Shown here piece after piece: positions 39,045 to 48,720 of a stretch of 64,000 nt of DNA (positions within the stretch are counted from its first letter, which is position 1; each line of letters starts with the position of its first letter). This DNA is from Phycisphaeraceae bacterium (GTDB lineage Bacteria; Planctomycetota; Phycisphaerae; Phycisphaerales; Phycisphaeraceae): NCBI GenBank assembly GCA_963674705.1, contig OY771506.1, forward strand, positions 2,400,001-2,464,000, given 5' to 3'. The notes under the pieces are model-generated. The model saw only the letters and a list, made by a program, of their open reading frames with translations. It ran no database searches and was not told the origin of the DNA. The translations under genes were made by a program, and so were the position numbers.

Positions 39045-39836
39045 TCACCAGTCTTCCATGGGGGTGTTCTCAGACATCCAGCTCCACTCAACATCGGTCA
39101 TGAACCATGTGTAGGCTTCCAGGTCGCTGACGTTCCAGTCGCGGAATTGCTGGATGTTTTCGTATAGTGTGGAAGCGGTTTGAGAACTGGGTTGTTTTAG
39201 CAGTGCATCCAGTTGCGCAATCAGGTTGTCGGGCTTTTCTTCGACGATTTCCAATGCGCGTAACAACCATTTGTGATAGGGGAACAGCTTGCGGTTGTAT
39301 GCCAGGATCAGCCGGCTCGAGAATAAGGCGAGTTGGGTGGCGGCGCGCATAAGCGTGTAGCGGTTGTTGTGGCGCTGGGCTTCGTGGATCAGCCAGTGGT
39401 TGATAAAGGCCATGCAATAAAAGGCCTTGATCCGTTCGTCGTGCCCTAGCTCGGGGTAGACGGGGATCCGTTGAAGCAGCGCGTCGAGATCGGGGATGTG
39501 TGAGTAAGCAGCGAAAGCGCCCTCGAAAGCAGCACGCGACGGCTCATTGCCTTTCTCGGCTACCGCTTTAAGAAATGACAAATTGATAATCTTGCCATCC
39601 ACGTAACCGCCTTCGTAATCACACAGATCACGACGGTTGATGAACAGGTCGCGTTCCGCTTTTCGCTTTTCGAACTCGTCATCGGTTGCGACGATCATGA
39701 AGTCCACATCCGAGTCCGACCGGGCATAGCCTTTGGCGACAGAGCCACCGATGATCAGCGCAAGGAAACGCGGGTCATCTCGGTAAGCGTCGGCGAGACG
39801 GTCGATGGTGCGTTGGTGGTGGGGGAGGATACTCAC
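39045..39836 (-). CDS. Pol-beta superfamily nucleotidyltransferase-domain protein
   Basis: GGSVAKGYARSDSDVD (GS-x-DxD), helical C-terminal domain with PYHKW. Confidence 0.85.
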   Translation of the reverse strand: MSILPHHQRTIDRLADAYRDDPRFLALIIGGSVAKGYARSDSDVDFMIVATDDEFEKRKAERDLFINRRDLCDYEGGYVDGKIINLSFLKAVAEKGNEPSRAAFEGAFAAYSHIPDLDALLQRIPVYPELGHDERIKAFYCMAFINHWLIHEAQRHNNRYTLMRAATQLALFSSRLILAYNRKLFPYHKWLLRALEIVEEKPDNLIAQLDALLKQPSSQTASTLYENIQQFRDWNVSDLEAYTWFMTDVEWSWMSENTPMEDW

Positions 39837-39863
39837 TATGGCAGTATACTATTCAATCGGGTG

Positions 39864-40502
39864 TTACTCCGACTGCTCCCAATGTTCTCGCGTTGAGTAA
39901 GGTGAAAGGTCGTCGATGATCTGCCAGACATTCTGAAAAGTACGGAACGCTTCGATTTGAACTTTCTGGTATTGGCTGGGTTTTTCTTTCATATCGTATT
40001 CGATAAAAAACAATGCAAGCGTTTTCGAGAGAGATATGGATGGGATTGATAGGTGTACCGTAGCGGCGTCATCAATAATGAACTCCTTGTCAATCTCGTC
40101 CACTTGAAATGGGTCAATTAACTGGATTGCTGTTTCCAATTGTGAAACATCACTCGGATCTATGACACAGGTCTTAAGTATCTGGTCCACATTGCCTGTC
40201 CAGTTGTAGCCGGGTTTATATCTTCGGATGGCTTGCTCGATCTTGCCGTCTTTATGAACATGTGTAATCCAGGAAGTCAAATCACATGAGAAACCCGGAC
40301 TAAATGAAACCGCTACAAGAACGTCTTCTGGAGGAGATAGCGGGTCAAGCAGCGGTTTAATGCGTTTGCGTGGAGGAAGTGGGGGTCCCATGGCTCGGGC
40401 GATTTTATCAGCGCATGGTGCGCAATAGCCGCCCGTGCGATCTGCGGTGGACTGTAGGAATTCCACACCGCACACGGGGCAAGTTGCTTTTTGTGGCGAC
40501 AT
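39864..40502 (-). CDS. Hypothetical protein with N-terminal zinc finger
   Basis: CPVC...CAPC; AT-richer codon usage. Confidence 0.7.
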   Translation of the reverse strand: MSPQKATCPVCGVEFLQSTADRTGGYCAPCADKIARAMGPPLPPRKRIKPLLDPLSPPEDVLVAVSFSPGFSCDLTSWITHVHKDGKIEQAIRRYKPGYNWTGNVDQILKTCVIDPSDVSQLETAIQLIDPFQVDEIDKEFIIDDAATVHLSIPSISLSKTLALFFIEYDMKEKPSQYQKVQIEAFRTFQNVWQIIDDLSPYSTREHWEQSE

Positions 40503-40537
40503 AAGTCACCTGCTTGTGAGTTTGGCAGATCGCGATT

Positions 40538-42076
40538 TTAGTACGACTTGGCCCAGAGCACGCGGGTGGGGCTTTCTTTGCCGGTGAAGATGCATTTGCC
40601 GGGGCCGTCTAGACCGGGCAGGTCTGCGTTCTGTTGGGGGATGCAGCGGATGGTGACACCCAAATCCTTCTGGACTTCGTCGGCAACGGCTTCGTCGCCG
40701 CACCAGTGTGAGACGGCAAATCCGCCGTGGATTTCGGGTTGTTCCGCGTTCTTCGGGGTGAAATACTTGTAGAACTTGTCTTTGGCGTTGATGACGCGCG
40801 TGTGTTCGGTGCGGTAGGCCTTGGCGTTGTCGAAGAGGGTCTGCTGCATGCCCGCGAGGATGGACGGGACTGTCTGGAGGAATTCGCTTCGCGTGATGCT
40901 CATCTTTTCCTTGTGTGGCAGGTTACGCTGGCCCATGAAAACAGAGTCGGCTTCCATGTCGCGCGGGCCGACCTCAAGGCGGATCGGGATGCCTTTCTTG
41001 ATCCAGGACCAGACCTTGTCGCCGCCCTTGATGTCGCGGTCATCGAGTTCGACTTCGATGGGCCGGCCGTCGTAGTATTGCGATTGGATTTCATCGCGCA
41101 GCTTGTGGCAGTAGTCGATCACGGCGATCGGGTCTTCGGCCTTGAAGGTGATGGGGATGATGACGACATGCGCCGGAGCGAGGCGCGGCGGGAGGATCAG
41201 GCCGTCATCATCGGAGTGGGTCATGATGAGCCCGCCGATCAGGCGTGTGGAGACGCCCCAGCTTGTGGTCCATGCGTGGACGCGTTCGCCGTTCTGATCG
41301 AGGTACATGATCTCCTGTGCCTTGGCGAAGTTCTGGCCGAGGAAGTGGCTCGTGCCGGCCTGCAGGGCTTTTCGGTCCTGCATCATGGCTTCGATGGCAT
41401 AGGTGTTGACCGCCCCGGGGAAGCGTTCGCCGGCAGTCTTTTCGCCTTTGATGACCGGCATGGCCATGTAGTTCTCAGCGAAGTCGGCGTAGATGTCGAG
41501 CATCTGCTCAGTTTCTTCGATCGCTTCTTGTTTCGTGGCGTGTGCGGTGTGGCCTTCCTGCCAGAGGAACTCGGCGGTACGAAGGAACAGACGTGTGCGA
41601 AGCTCCCAGCGGACGACGTTGGCCCATTGATTAATCAATAGCGGCAGGTCGCGGTAGCTTTCGATCCACTTGGCGAAGCTGTAGCCGATGATGGTTTCAC
41701 TGGTGGGGCGGACGACGAGAGGTTCTTCCAGTTCGCCCGCAGGCTTAAGTCCGCCTTGACCGTCGTCTTCCAGGCGGTGGTGGGTGACGACGGCGCATTC
41801 CTTGGCAAAGCCTTCGACGTGCTCGGCTTCTTTTTCTAAAAAGCTCTTGGGGATGAACAGCGGGAAGTAGGCGTTGCGGTGGCCCGTCTCCTTGAACATC
41901 TTGTCCAGCGATCGCTGGATGTTCTCCCACAGCGCATAACCCCACGGCTTGATCACCATGCAGCCGCGCACGGGCGAATTCTCCGCCATGTCAGCAGCGC
42001 GAACGACCTGCTGATACCACTGCGGGTAGTCTTCGGAGCGGGTGGGGGAGATGGCGGTTTTAGCTTGTTTGGCCAT
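40538..42076 (-). CDS. proS: Proline--tRNA ligase (eukaryote/archaea-like type)
   Basis: RPTSET, QWANVVRWE, EFLWQEGHTAH, QAGTSHFLGQNF, WGVSTR, C-terminal AKSY. Confidence 0.97.
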   Translation of the reverse strand: MAKQAKTAISPTRSEDYPQWYQQVVRAADMAENSPVRGCMVIKPWGYALWENIQRSLDKMFKETGHRNAYFPLFIPKSFLEKEAEHVEGFAKECAVVTHHRLEDDGQGGLKPAGELEEPLVVRPTSETIIGYSFAKWIESYRDLPLLINQWANVVRWELRTRLFLRTAEFLWQEGHTAHATKQEAIEETEQMLDIYADFAENYMAMPVIKGEKTAGERFPGAVNTYAIEAMMQDRKALQAGTSHFLGQNFAKAQEIMYLDQNGERVHAWTTSWGVSTRLIGGLIMTHSDDDGLILPPRLAPAHVVIIPITFKAEDPIAVIDYCHKLRDEIQSQYYDGRPIEVELDDRDIKGGDKVWSWIKKGIPIRLEVGPRDMEADSVFMGQRNLPHKEKMSITRSEFLQTVPSILAGMQQTLFDNAKAYRTEHTRVINAKDKFYKYFTPKNAEQPEIHGGFAVSHWCGDEAVADEVQKDLGVTIRCIPQQNADLPGLDGPGKCIFTGKESPTRVLWAKSY

Positions 42077-42095
42077 TTTGAAACTCTGGGGTTTT

Positions 42096-42250
42096 ACCGC
42101 GAAGGCGCGAAGAGCGCGAAGTATGAAGAGGTATATCCGCAGATTGCGCAGATGAGAAGAAGATTATGCCCTTGTCTTAAATCTGTGTCATCTGCGTAAT
42201 CTGTGGATACTTCTTCTTGTCTTTCTTAGCGATCTTCGCGCCTTCGCGGT
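42096..42250. repeat. Two nested 9-mer-based inverted repeats
   Basis: Outer ACCGCGAAGGCGCGAAG / CTTCGCGCCTTCGCGGT; inner ATCCGCAGATTGCGCAGATG / CATCTGCGTAATCTGTGGAT. Confidence 0.85.
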
Positions 42251-42260
42251 GTGTTTGTTT

Positions 42261-43754
42261 TTAGTATTCAGAAACGGGTAACTGTTCGAGCGGGCCCTTG
42301 GCTTCGGTGATGTCGTCGCTGACGTCTTTGGCTTCGGCGCCGATGGCTTCGATGATGGCTTCGAGGTCGTCGGGGACCGGGATCGGGCGGTTGGCGATCT
42401 TGCCGTGCGGGTTCTTGCGCGGAGCCTGTTCCTGGACAGCCTTCATGTCGATGCCGGTGTGGTACTTCACGGTGGCATCCGGGTCTTTCAGGACGTGGCC
42501 TGTCAGGATGCAGACGACGCGCTGGTCGGGCTTGATGAGCCCTTCCTTGATGAGCATGTGCGCCCCAGCGACGCTCGCGGCGCTGGCGGGTTCACTGCCG
42601 AAGCCGTATCGGCCGACCATGGCCTTGTATTCGAGGATGGTTTCGTCATCGACCTCGCGGGTTACGCCGTCCATGATGTCCAGCGCCCGCAGGGCCTTGG
42701 GCAGATTGACGGGCCGACCGATCTCGATCGCGCTGGCGATGGTCTTGGCGTGGTAGCCGGCGGCGTCCTGCTCAGCGTAGTAGTTCTTGATCAGGTCGTG
42801 ATCGAACCGTCCGCCGTTCCACTTCAAGCCATGTTTGTTGACCAGTTCAAAGAGCGGGTTCGCGCCCTTGGCCTGGATAACGGCGAGGCGTGGGATGCGG
42901 TCGATCAGGCCCAGTTCCTTGAGCTCAGCGAATGCCTTGCCGAAGGCGGAGCAGTTCCCGAGGTTGCCGCCGGGGACGATGATCCAGTCGGGCACATCCC
43001 AGTCGAGCGCTTCGAGGATGCGATACATGATCGCCTTCTGTCCTTCGAGGCGGAAGGGATTGACGCTGTTCATCAGGTAGATGCCCAGTTCGCGGCGGTC
43101 CTTGGCGATCTGGCGGACGCGGCGCAGGCAGGCGTCGAAGTCGCCCGTGATCTGAAGCGTGCGGGCGCCGTAGTCGAGGGCCTGGCTCAGCTTACCGTAG
43201 GCGATCTTGCCCGAGCCGATGAAGACGATGCCGGTCCGCTGGGATAACGACGCGAACATGGCAAGGCTGGCGGATGTATTGCCCGTCGATGCACAGGCGA
43301 CGCGCTTAGCACCGATCATGTTGGCGTGGGTGAACGCAGCCGTCATGCCGTTATCTTTAAAGCTGCCGGAGGGATTGAGTCCTTCGTACTGCAGGAACAG
43401 GTTGCCGGGCTTTATACCGAGCTGGCGCGACAGTAGCTGAGCATCCTGGAGGTTGGTCCGGCCTTCACCGATCGTGACGATCTGGTCTTCGGTATCGAAG
43501 AACTTCATTAATTCACGGAACCGCCAGACGCCGGAGAAGTCCAGGGCGCCTTGGCCGTGCTCGCCCTTGGTCATCCAGCGGTGCTCGAAGGCCTTGAGGC
43601 TTTTGGGTACGTCCGGGCGGTCCCAACTGTACCTGATATCCAGCAGGGACTGCTTGCCCTTCTCGGCACAGGCTTCGCAGGCGAGATGGACCTCTTTGAT
43701 GCCGTAGGTCTGGCCGCAGTCGGGGTCAATACATTGTTGATAAGCGTGTTGCAT
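42261..43754 (-). CDS. thrC: Threonine synthase
   Basis: [10 protein letters not shown] (PLP Lys), [30 protein letters not shown]; start MQHAY at 43754. Confidence 0.95.
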   Translation of the reverse strand: MQHAYQQCIDPDCGQTYGIKEVHLACEACAEKGKQSLLDIRYSWDRPDVPKSLKAFEHRWMTKGEHGQGALDFSGVWRFRELMKFFDTEDQIVTIGEGRTNLQDAQLLSRQLGIKPGNLFLQYEGLNPSGSFKDNGMTAAFTHANMIGAKRVACASTGNTSASLAMFASLSQRTGIVFIGSGKIAYGKLSQALDYGARTLQITGDFDACLRRVRQIAKDRRELGIYLMNSVNPFRLEGQKAIMYRILEALDWDVPDWIIVPGGNLGNCSAFGKAFAELKELGLIDRIPRLAVIQAKGANPLFELVNKHGLKWNGGRFDHDLIKNYYAEQDAAGYHAKTIASAIEIGRPVNLPKALRALDIMDGVTREVDDETILEYKAMVGRYGFGSEPASAASVAGAHMLIKEGLIKPDQRVVCILTGHVLKDPDATVKYHTGIDMKAVQEQAPRKNPHGKIANRPIPVPDDLEAIIEAIGAEAKDVSDDITEAKGPLEQLPVSEY

Positions 43755-43820
43755 GGGGTTCTTCCTCGAGCCGTGCATTGTAGCATGCGCTGGTATGAAC
43801 GTGCGGCTACAATCTCGGCC

Positions 43821-44531
43821 ATGAAACCACTGATCGGCATCACGTTGGACCGCGTCGAGAACGAGCTGCACAAGCACGGGGTGTACCAGATCGGGCCGTT
43901 TGTTGCCCGGTCGGTCGCGGCGGCGGGGGGCGTGCCTGTGCTGATGGCCGTTGATCCCAGCCTGGCGGCAGATTACGCGGAATCGTGCGATGGTTTCGTT
44001 TTTACAGGCGGTTTCGATCCCGACACGACCCGGTTCGGCGAGCCGATGCACCCCAAGGCCCGGAAGATGGACCCCAATCGCCAGGCGTTTGAGGTCGCAC
44101 TACTGGATGCATTGAAAGATCGGCGGGACAAACCCGTCCTGGGAATCTGCCTGGGCATGCAGATGCTGGCCCTGCACGCGGGGGGCAAGCTGAACCAGTA
44201 CATGCCCGAGACGCTGGAGAACGCCGAGATCCACCAGAAGTGCCAGGATCATCCGATCAAGGTGACGGCCGAAGATACCTGGATCAAGCCCGGCGATGCT
44301 GAGGGGCACGAACCGATCTGCTCATCGCATCAACAGGCGGTCAGCGATCCCGGGAAGATGCGCGTGGTGGCGATTGCGCCCGATGGGACAGTCGAAGCGA
44401 TAGACGCGAAGCCGACCGACACTGAGCGTTTCTATTTTGGCGTTCAATGGCATCCGGAACGCGGCGGCGACGGCCCACTTAATCTTGGGCTTTTTCACCA
44501 GCTTGTTTCTGCGGCGCGTGACGCCAGGTGA
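43821..44531 (+). CDS. Gamma-glutamyl-GABA hydrolase family (peptidase C26, class I GATase)
   Basis: [33 protein letters not shown]. Confidence 0.92.
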   Translation: MKPLIGITLDRVENELHKHGVYQIGPFVARSVAAAGGVPVLMAVDPSLAADYAESCDGFVFTGGFDPDTTRFGEPMHPKARKMDPNRQAFEVALLDALKDRRDKPVLGICLGMQMLALHAGGKLNQYMPETLENAEIHQKCQDHPIKVTAEDTWIKPGDAEGHEPICSSHQQAVSDPGKMRVVAIAPDGTVEAIDAKPTDTERFYFGVQWHPERGGDGPLNLGLFHQLVSAARDAR

Positions 44532-45162
44532 TCCAGACGACGAGGATTACACCGAGCAGCAGCGAAACATCGGCGAGGTTGAAAATCCAAGGGTAGAGCC
44601 CGCGTGCCCCGCCGGGCCAGGTGAGACCGAACGGCAATTCCCAGTTCGGGAACAGGTGCAACATATCCCGCACCACGGCATAGACCATCCGGTCGTAGAG
44701 ATTCCCTAATGCCCCCGCCAGGATCAGGGCAAGCGAGATGTGGAACAGCTTCATCCGCGCATCGCTCTTCCAGAACACGCGTCCGACGAAGCCGGTTGCG
44801 AAGAGGCTGACGACGATGAAGACCCATCGGCTGCCCTTGCCGATACCGAAGATCGCGCCTTCGTTAGCGGTCAGTTGCAGGTTCAGGATATTGGGGATGA
44901 GCACGGTCGGATCGTGGTGCGGTACGCCGAAGTAAGGGGATTCGTCGGAGAGTACGACCGGTGTGTCCGCAACGTGCTGGAAGGCGTACCACTTCAGGGC
45001 GAGGTCGAGTCCTAACATAGCAAGTGTGACGGCGATGAACATCACGATCAGCGCGGGTTTTTTTCCAGCCGTGATTGTCACGGTAGTGGGGGCGTTCTTG
45101 GATTGGTCGTTGTCCCGCTGATCCATGGTGAGGGATTGTACGGTATTCTCTTGATCCATCAT
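44479..45162 (-). CDS. lspA: Lipoprotein signal peptidase
   Basis: NEGAIFG, GALGNLYDR, VRDML, FNLAD. Confidence 0.93.
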   Translation of the reverse strand: MMDQENTVQSLTMDQRDNDQSKNAPTTVTITAGKKPALIVMFIAVTLAMLGLDLALKWYAFQHVADTPVVLSDESPYFGVPHHDPTVLIPNILNLQLTANEGAIFGIGKGSRWVFIVVSLFATGFVGRVFWKSDARMKLFHISLALILAGALGNLYDRMVYAVVRDMLHLFPNWELPFGLTWPGGARGLYPWIFNLADVSLLLGVILVVWITWRHAPQKQAGEKAQD

Positions 45163-45163
45163 C

Positions 45164-45238
45164 AGCCCCGGTCGGAAGACCGGGGTTCGCGAGTAAAGGG
45201 TGCGGATTAAACAAAACCCCGGTCTTCCGGCCGGGGCT
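45164..45238. repeat. REP doublet (REPIN-like)
   Basis: AGCCCCGGTCGGAAGACCGGGGTT and its near reverse complement AACCCCGGTCTTCCGGCCGGGGCT, 27 bp apart. Confidence 0.8.
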
Positions 45239-45267
45239 ATTGGGCGTTGTAGTAAATTGTCTTGAGG

Positions 45268-46095
45268 TCAGAAGCTATGCAGGCCGCGTTTTTCGCGTTC
45301 GCGGACGATCTCGATGCTGTACTTGGCCCAGGGTTTGATCTCCAGGCGAGCCTTGGGGATCGGGTTGCCGGTGATGACGCAGACGCCGTAGGTCTTGTTT
45401 TCGATGCGCTGGAGGGCACGATCGATTTCGACCAGGAGTTTGCGTTCGGATTCGACGAGGCCGAGTGTGAATTCCTGCTCGTAGTTGTCAGAGCCGATGT
45501 CTGCCATGTGCAGGGGCATGTTGGAGAGCTGGCCGCCGTTGCCTGAACTGCGGGATTCTTCCATGCCGGCGACGTCGCCGATGATTTCGGCACGTTTTTC
45601 CAGCAGTAGCTGTTTGAACTCGTTGAGTTCTTTTCGCGACAGGCCGGACTTGATTCGGCGGAGTTTGGCGTCGCTGAGCGGTGTCCAGTCGTCATAGTCC
45701 TGTTCGGCCGGTGGCGGAGGGGTGGGACGGACGACGCGATGGATCTTGACCGGCGTAGGCTTGGGGGCGACGTTGGCGTCGGCCTTGCCGTTGTCGGACG
45801 GATTGACTTTTGTATCGACGACCGGCTCATCGGTAGCCATAACTTCGGCTTTCTTTGTGGACTTTTTCGTCGTCTTCTTGGTTTTAACGCTGTCGGCCTG
45901 GGTCTTGGTGGTCTTCTTCTTGGTTGCCGACTTTTTGGTAGTGGGCTTCTTGGCGGCCGACTTGGTCGCCGACTTTTTGGTGGTGGCTTTGCTCTTGGTC
46001 GTCTTTTTGGTGGTCTTCTTCTTGGACGCACCGGACGAGGCCTTGGTCTTACCGCTGGTCTTGGCGGCCTTCTTCTTGGTTGTTTTCTTGGCCAC
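45268..46095 (-). CDS. DksA/TraR family regulator with Lys/Thr-rich N-terminal tail
   Basis: HMADIGSD coiled-coil tip, EIDRALQRI..TYGVCVITG.PI..ARLEIKPWA. Confidence 0.9.
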   Translation of the reverse strand: MAKKTTKKKAAKTSGKTKASSGASKKKTTKKTTKSKATTKKSATKSAAKKPTTKKSATKKKTTKTQADSVKTKKTTKKSTKKAEVMATDEPVVDTKVNPSDNGKADANVAPKPTPVKIHRVVRPTPPPPAEQDYDDWTPLSDAKLRRIKSGLSRKELNEFKQLLLEKRAEIIGDVAGMEESRSSGNGGQLSNMPLHMADIGSDNYEQEFTLGLVESERKLLVEIDRALQRIENKTYGVCVITGNPIPKARLEIKPWAKYSIEIVREREKRGLHSF

Positions 46096-46291
46096 TGATC
46101 ACTCCGTCGGCTCGGGCCGGGGATTCCCGGCGGGTCATATTAGGCCGGACTTCGGCCAGGTAATTAAGAAGACTCACTGATGGGGACGCGGGAGTTTATC
46201 GCCCCTAGCGACCCCGGGCAACATCTGTTTCACAGACTGCCAACCTGGCGCAATACATGCAGGTTTTCTGCTCGTGAAACGACTGCGGGGG

Positions 46292-46858
46292 CTAATCCCC
46301 GTGTTTCTGGCGCAACCGGGTGCTCAGTCGCAGCAGCAGTTGCACACGCTCAAACTCATCCAGCCAGTCGGCCAGGGTTTGGCTCAATTCATCATCGGGT
46401 ATCGGCGCACCCGGCATTGGGCATGCCCCGCCCAGATTTTTCGCCGCCATGGCCCGATAACGCGTCAGCGTCCGGTCGCCGTACCAACCCACGAACTCGT
46501 AGTCCTCTGCACAGAAGATCAGTGCAGGCACACGGTTACCCGCGTTGATCCGGACCTTTTCCTGAAGGTCGATGTGTTCGTCTCGGTCAAGCCAGCGCAG
46601 GTCGATGTTTTCTGAAGCCTCGGCGATCCGCTGGATCAACGGGCCTTGCTGGACGCAGTCGCCGCACCATGTGCCGGACAGGCCGATGACGTTCATTTTC
46701 CGTGAAAACGAACCAAGCAAGGCCTTTTGGCTTTTCGAAAGGCTGATCTGGTCGTAGATCGCCTGCCAATCCTGCTGCTTGTCGGGCTTGCCGGTCGCGA
46801 CGTAGTCGGCGTAGGACAGCCCCGCATCATGTTTTTCTTTCAGATAGCCCGCCCGCAT
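46292..46858 (-). CDS. Thioredoxin family protein
   Basis: WCGDC, RVP cis-Pro; SD AAGGAG before ATG 46858. Confidence 0.88.
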   Translation of the reverse strand: MRAGYLKEKHDAGLSYADYVATGKPDKQQDWQAIYDQISLSKSQKALLGSFSRKMNVIGLSGTWCGDCVQQGPLIQRIAEASENIDLRWLDRDEHIDLQEKVRINAGNRVPALIFCAEDYEFVGWYGDRTLTRYRAMAAKNLGGACPMPGAPIPDDELSQTLADWLDEFERVQLLLRLSTRLRQKHGD

Positions 46859-46916
46859 GGTTCTCCTTATTAAACGCGACAAGTCGCGTCGTTTCCTAGG
46901 TTTTAGCGTTCGTACA

Positions 46917-47477
46917 CTATTTGATCATGCCGGCTTCCCGGGCGTAATCGAACACGCCGCCGGCGTCGATGATGGGCTTGACATCACCAAGCGGTTTGAC
47001 GCTGTACGTCTTGCCGCTGCTCTGGTTGGTGAGGGTGCCTGCCTCGATATCGAGTGAGCATTCGTCGCCGGTCTTGATCTCTTCACAGATGCGAGAGTCG
47101 GTCTCAACCGGCAGTAAGTAGCCACCGTTCACACAGTTACGGTAGAAAATACGGGCATAAAACTCGGCGACCACGGCCTTGGCGCCGGCCTCGGCGATAG
47201 CGAGGGGGGCGTGCTCACGGCTGGAGCCGCAACCAAAGTTCTTGCCGCCGATGACGATGGCGTATTCGGTGGTGAACTTGCCTTCGTCGACAAAGCGTAT
47301 GTTGCCCTTGGGCAGGCCGCTGGTGGCCCGGGGGACGCCGTTCATGGCATACATACCGAAGTACTTGCGTTCTTCCGGGTTTGTCGGGTCGTAGGACAGG
47401 AATTCGGCGGGGATGATCTGATCGGTATCGATATCATCACCGAGAACAAAGGCCTTGCCCGAGATTATATTTGCCAT
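46917..47477 (-). CDS. leuD: 3-isopropylmalate dehydratase small subunit
   Basis: DDIDTDQIIPA, NFGCGSSREHAP, ARIFYRN. Confidence 0.9.
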   Translation of the reverse strand: MANIISGKAFVLGDDIDTDQIIPAEFLSYDPTNPEERKYFGMYAMNGVPRATSGLPKGNIRFVDEGKFTTEYAIVIGGKNFGCGSSREHAPLAIAEAGAKAVVAEFYARIFYRNCVNGGYLLPVETDSRICEEIKTGDECSLDIEAGTLTNQSSGKTYSVKPLGDVKPIIDAGGVFDYAREAGMIK

Positions 47478-47631
47478 AACTCTTTCCCTGCTGATAGTTA
47501 ATGGGATTGGTGGGGCGGTGGGGCACCTGCCCGAGCCAAGCATTATACCACGGTTATGGCGTCCAACCCAGTCAATCGGCGAAACGTAACAACGTTACAA
47601 TCGTACAACATACGATTAGGAGGCTAACAGT

Positions 47632-48720
47632 ATGCGCTCATACAAGTTGTGTTTGATGCTCTTTTTGATTGCGGCTACGGCGGTGCCGGTATGGGCTGAG
47701 GAGCCTGAAGCTGAAAGCACCGGCCGGATGATGGCAGTGGTTTCCGAGGACCTGCTGCCTTCGGAAGTTCACACGATCCGGCTGTTCGAAAAGGCGAGTC
47801 CTGCAATTGTGAATATCAATACGCTTGCTCGCCGGATCAACATCTGGACCCGTGATGTCCGCGATGTGCCGCAGGGGTCCGGCTCGGGCTTTGTCTGGGA
47901 CGATCAGGGCCACATCGTGACGAACTTCCACGTCATCCGCCGGGCGAACAGTGCGCAGGTGATCCTGTATGACCAGTCGCGGTATCAGGCATCGCTTGTC
48001 GGTGTTTCGCCTGATCACGACATCGCGGTGTTGAAGATCGAGGCGGACCCGGAGCTGCTCAGGACTTTACCGGTCGGACGCAGCGACAACCTGCTGGTCG
48101 GCCAGAACGTCTACGCCATCGGCAACCCGTTCGGCCTGGACCACACACTGACGACCGGCATCATCTCTGCGCTCAACCGCCAGATCGATAGCGCGACCGG
48201 TTTGCCGATCGAGGATGTGATCCAGACCGATGCCGCGATCAACCCCGGCAACTCAGGCGGACCCCTGCTCGATTCATCCGGCCGACTGATCGGCATGAAC
48301 ACTGCGATCTACAGCCCAAGCGGCGCATCGGCGGGGATCGGTTTTGCGATACCCATCGACACGATCAACCGTGTTGTCCCCCAGATCATCGAGACAGGCA
48401 CGTACCGCCGGCCCGGCATCGGCATCCGTGTCAGCCAGCGCGCCAACCAGGTGATCCTCGGCCGGCTTGGCGTCAAAGGTGTGCTGGTGATCGATGTGCA
48501 GGAAGACAGCCCCGCCGAGGCCGCGGGCCTGCGCCGCTCCAGCGAAACCCCCGAAGGCAAAATCGTGTTAGGCGACATCATCACCGCCGTCGACGGCCAA
48601 CCGATCGAGGACAACGACGACCTGTTTCTCTACTTCGAAAAGAAACAGCCAGGCGACACCGTGACGCTGACGCTGAAGCGGTTGGATGAGGATCAGCAGG
48701 TGGAGGTGGAGTTACGGTGA
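47632..48720 (+). CDS. HtrA/DegP-like serine protease with one PDZ domain
   Basis: GSGSGF, TNFHV, DIAVL, DAAINPGNSGGPL, PDZ. Confidence 0.95.
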   Translation: MRSYKLCLMLFLIAATAVPVWAEEPEAESTGRMMAVVSEDLLPSEVHTIRLFEKASPAIVNINTLARRINIWTRDVRDVPQGSGSGFVWDDQGHIVTNFHVIRRANSAQVILYDQSRYQASLVGVSPDHDIAVLKIEADPELLRTLPVGRSDNLLVGQNVYAIGNPFGLDHTLTTGIISALNRQIDSATGLPIEDVIQTDAAINPGNSGGPLLDSSGRLIGMNTAIYSPSGASAGIGFAIPIDTINRVVPQIIETGTYRRPGIGIRVSQRANQVILGRLGVKGVLVIDVQEDSPAEAAGLRRSSETPEGKIVLGDIITAVDGQPIEDNDDLFLYFEKKQPGDTVTLTLKRLDEDQQVEVELR

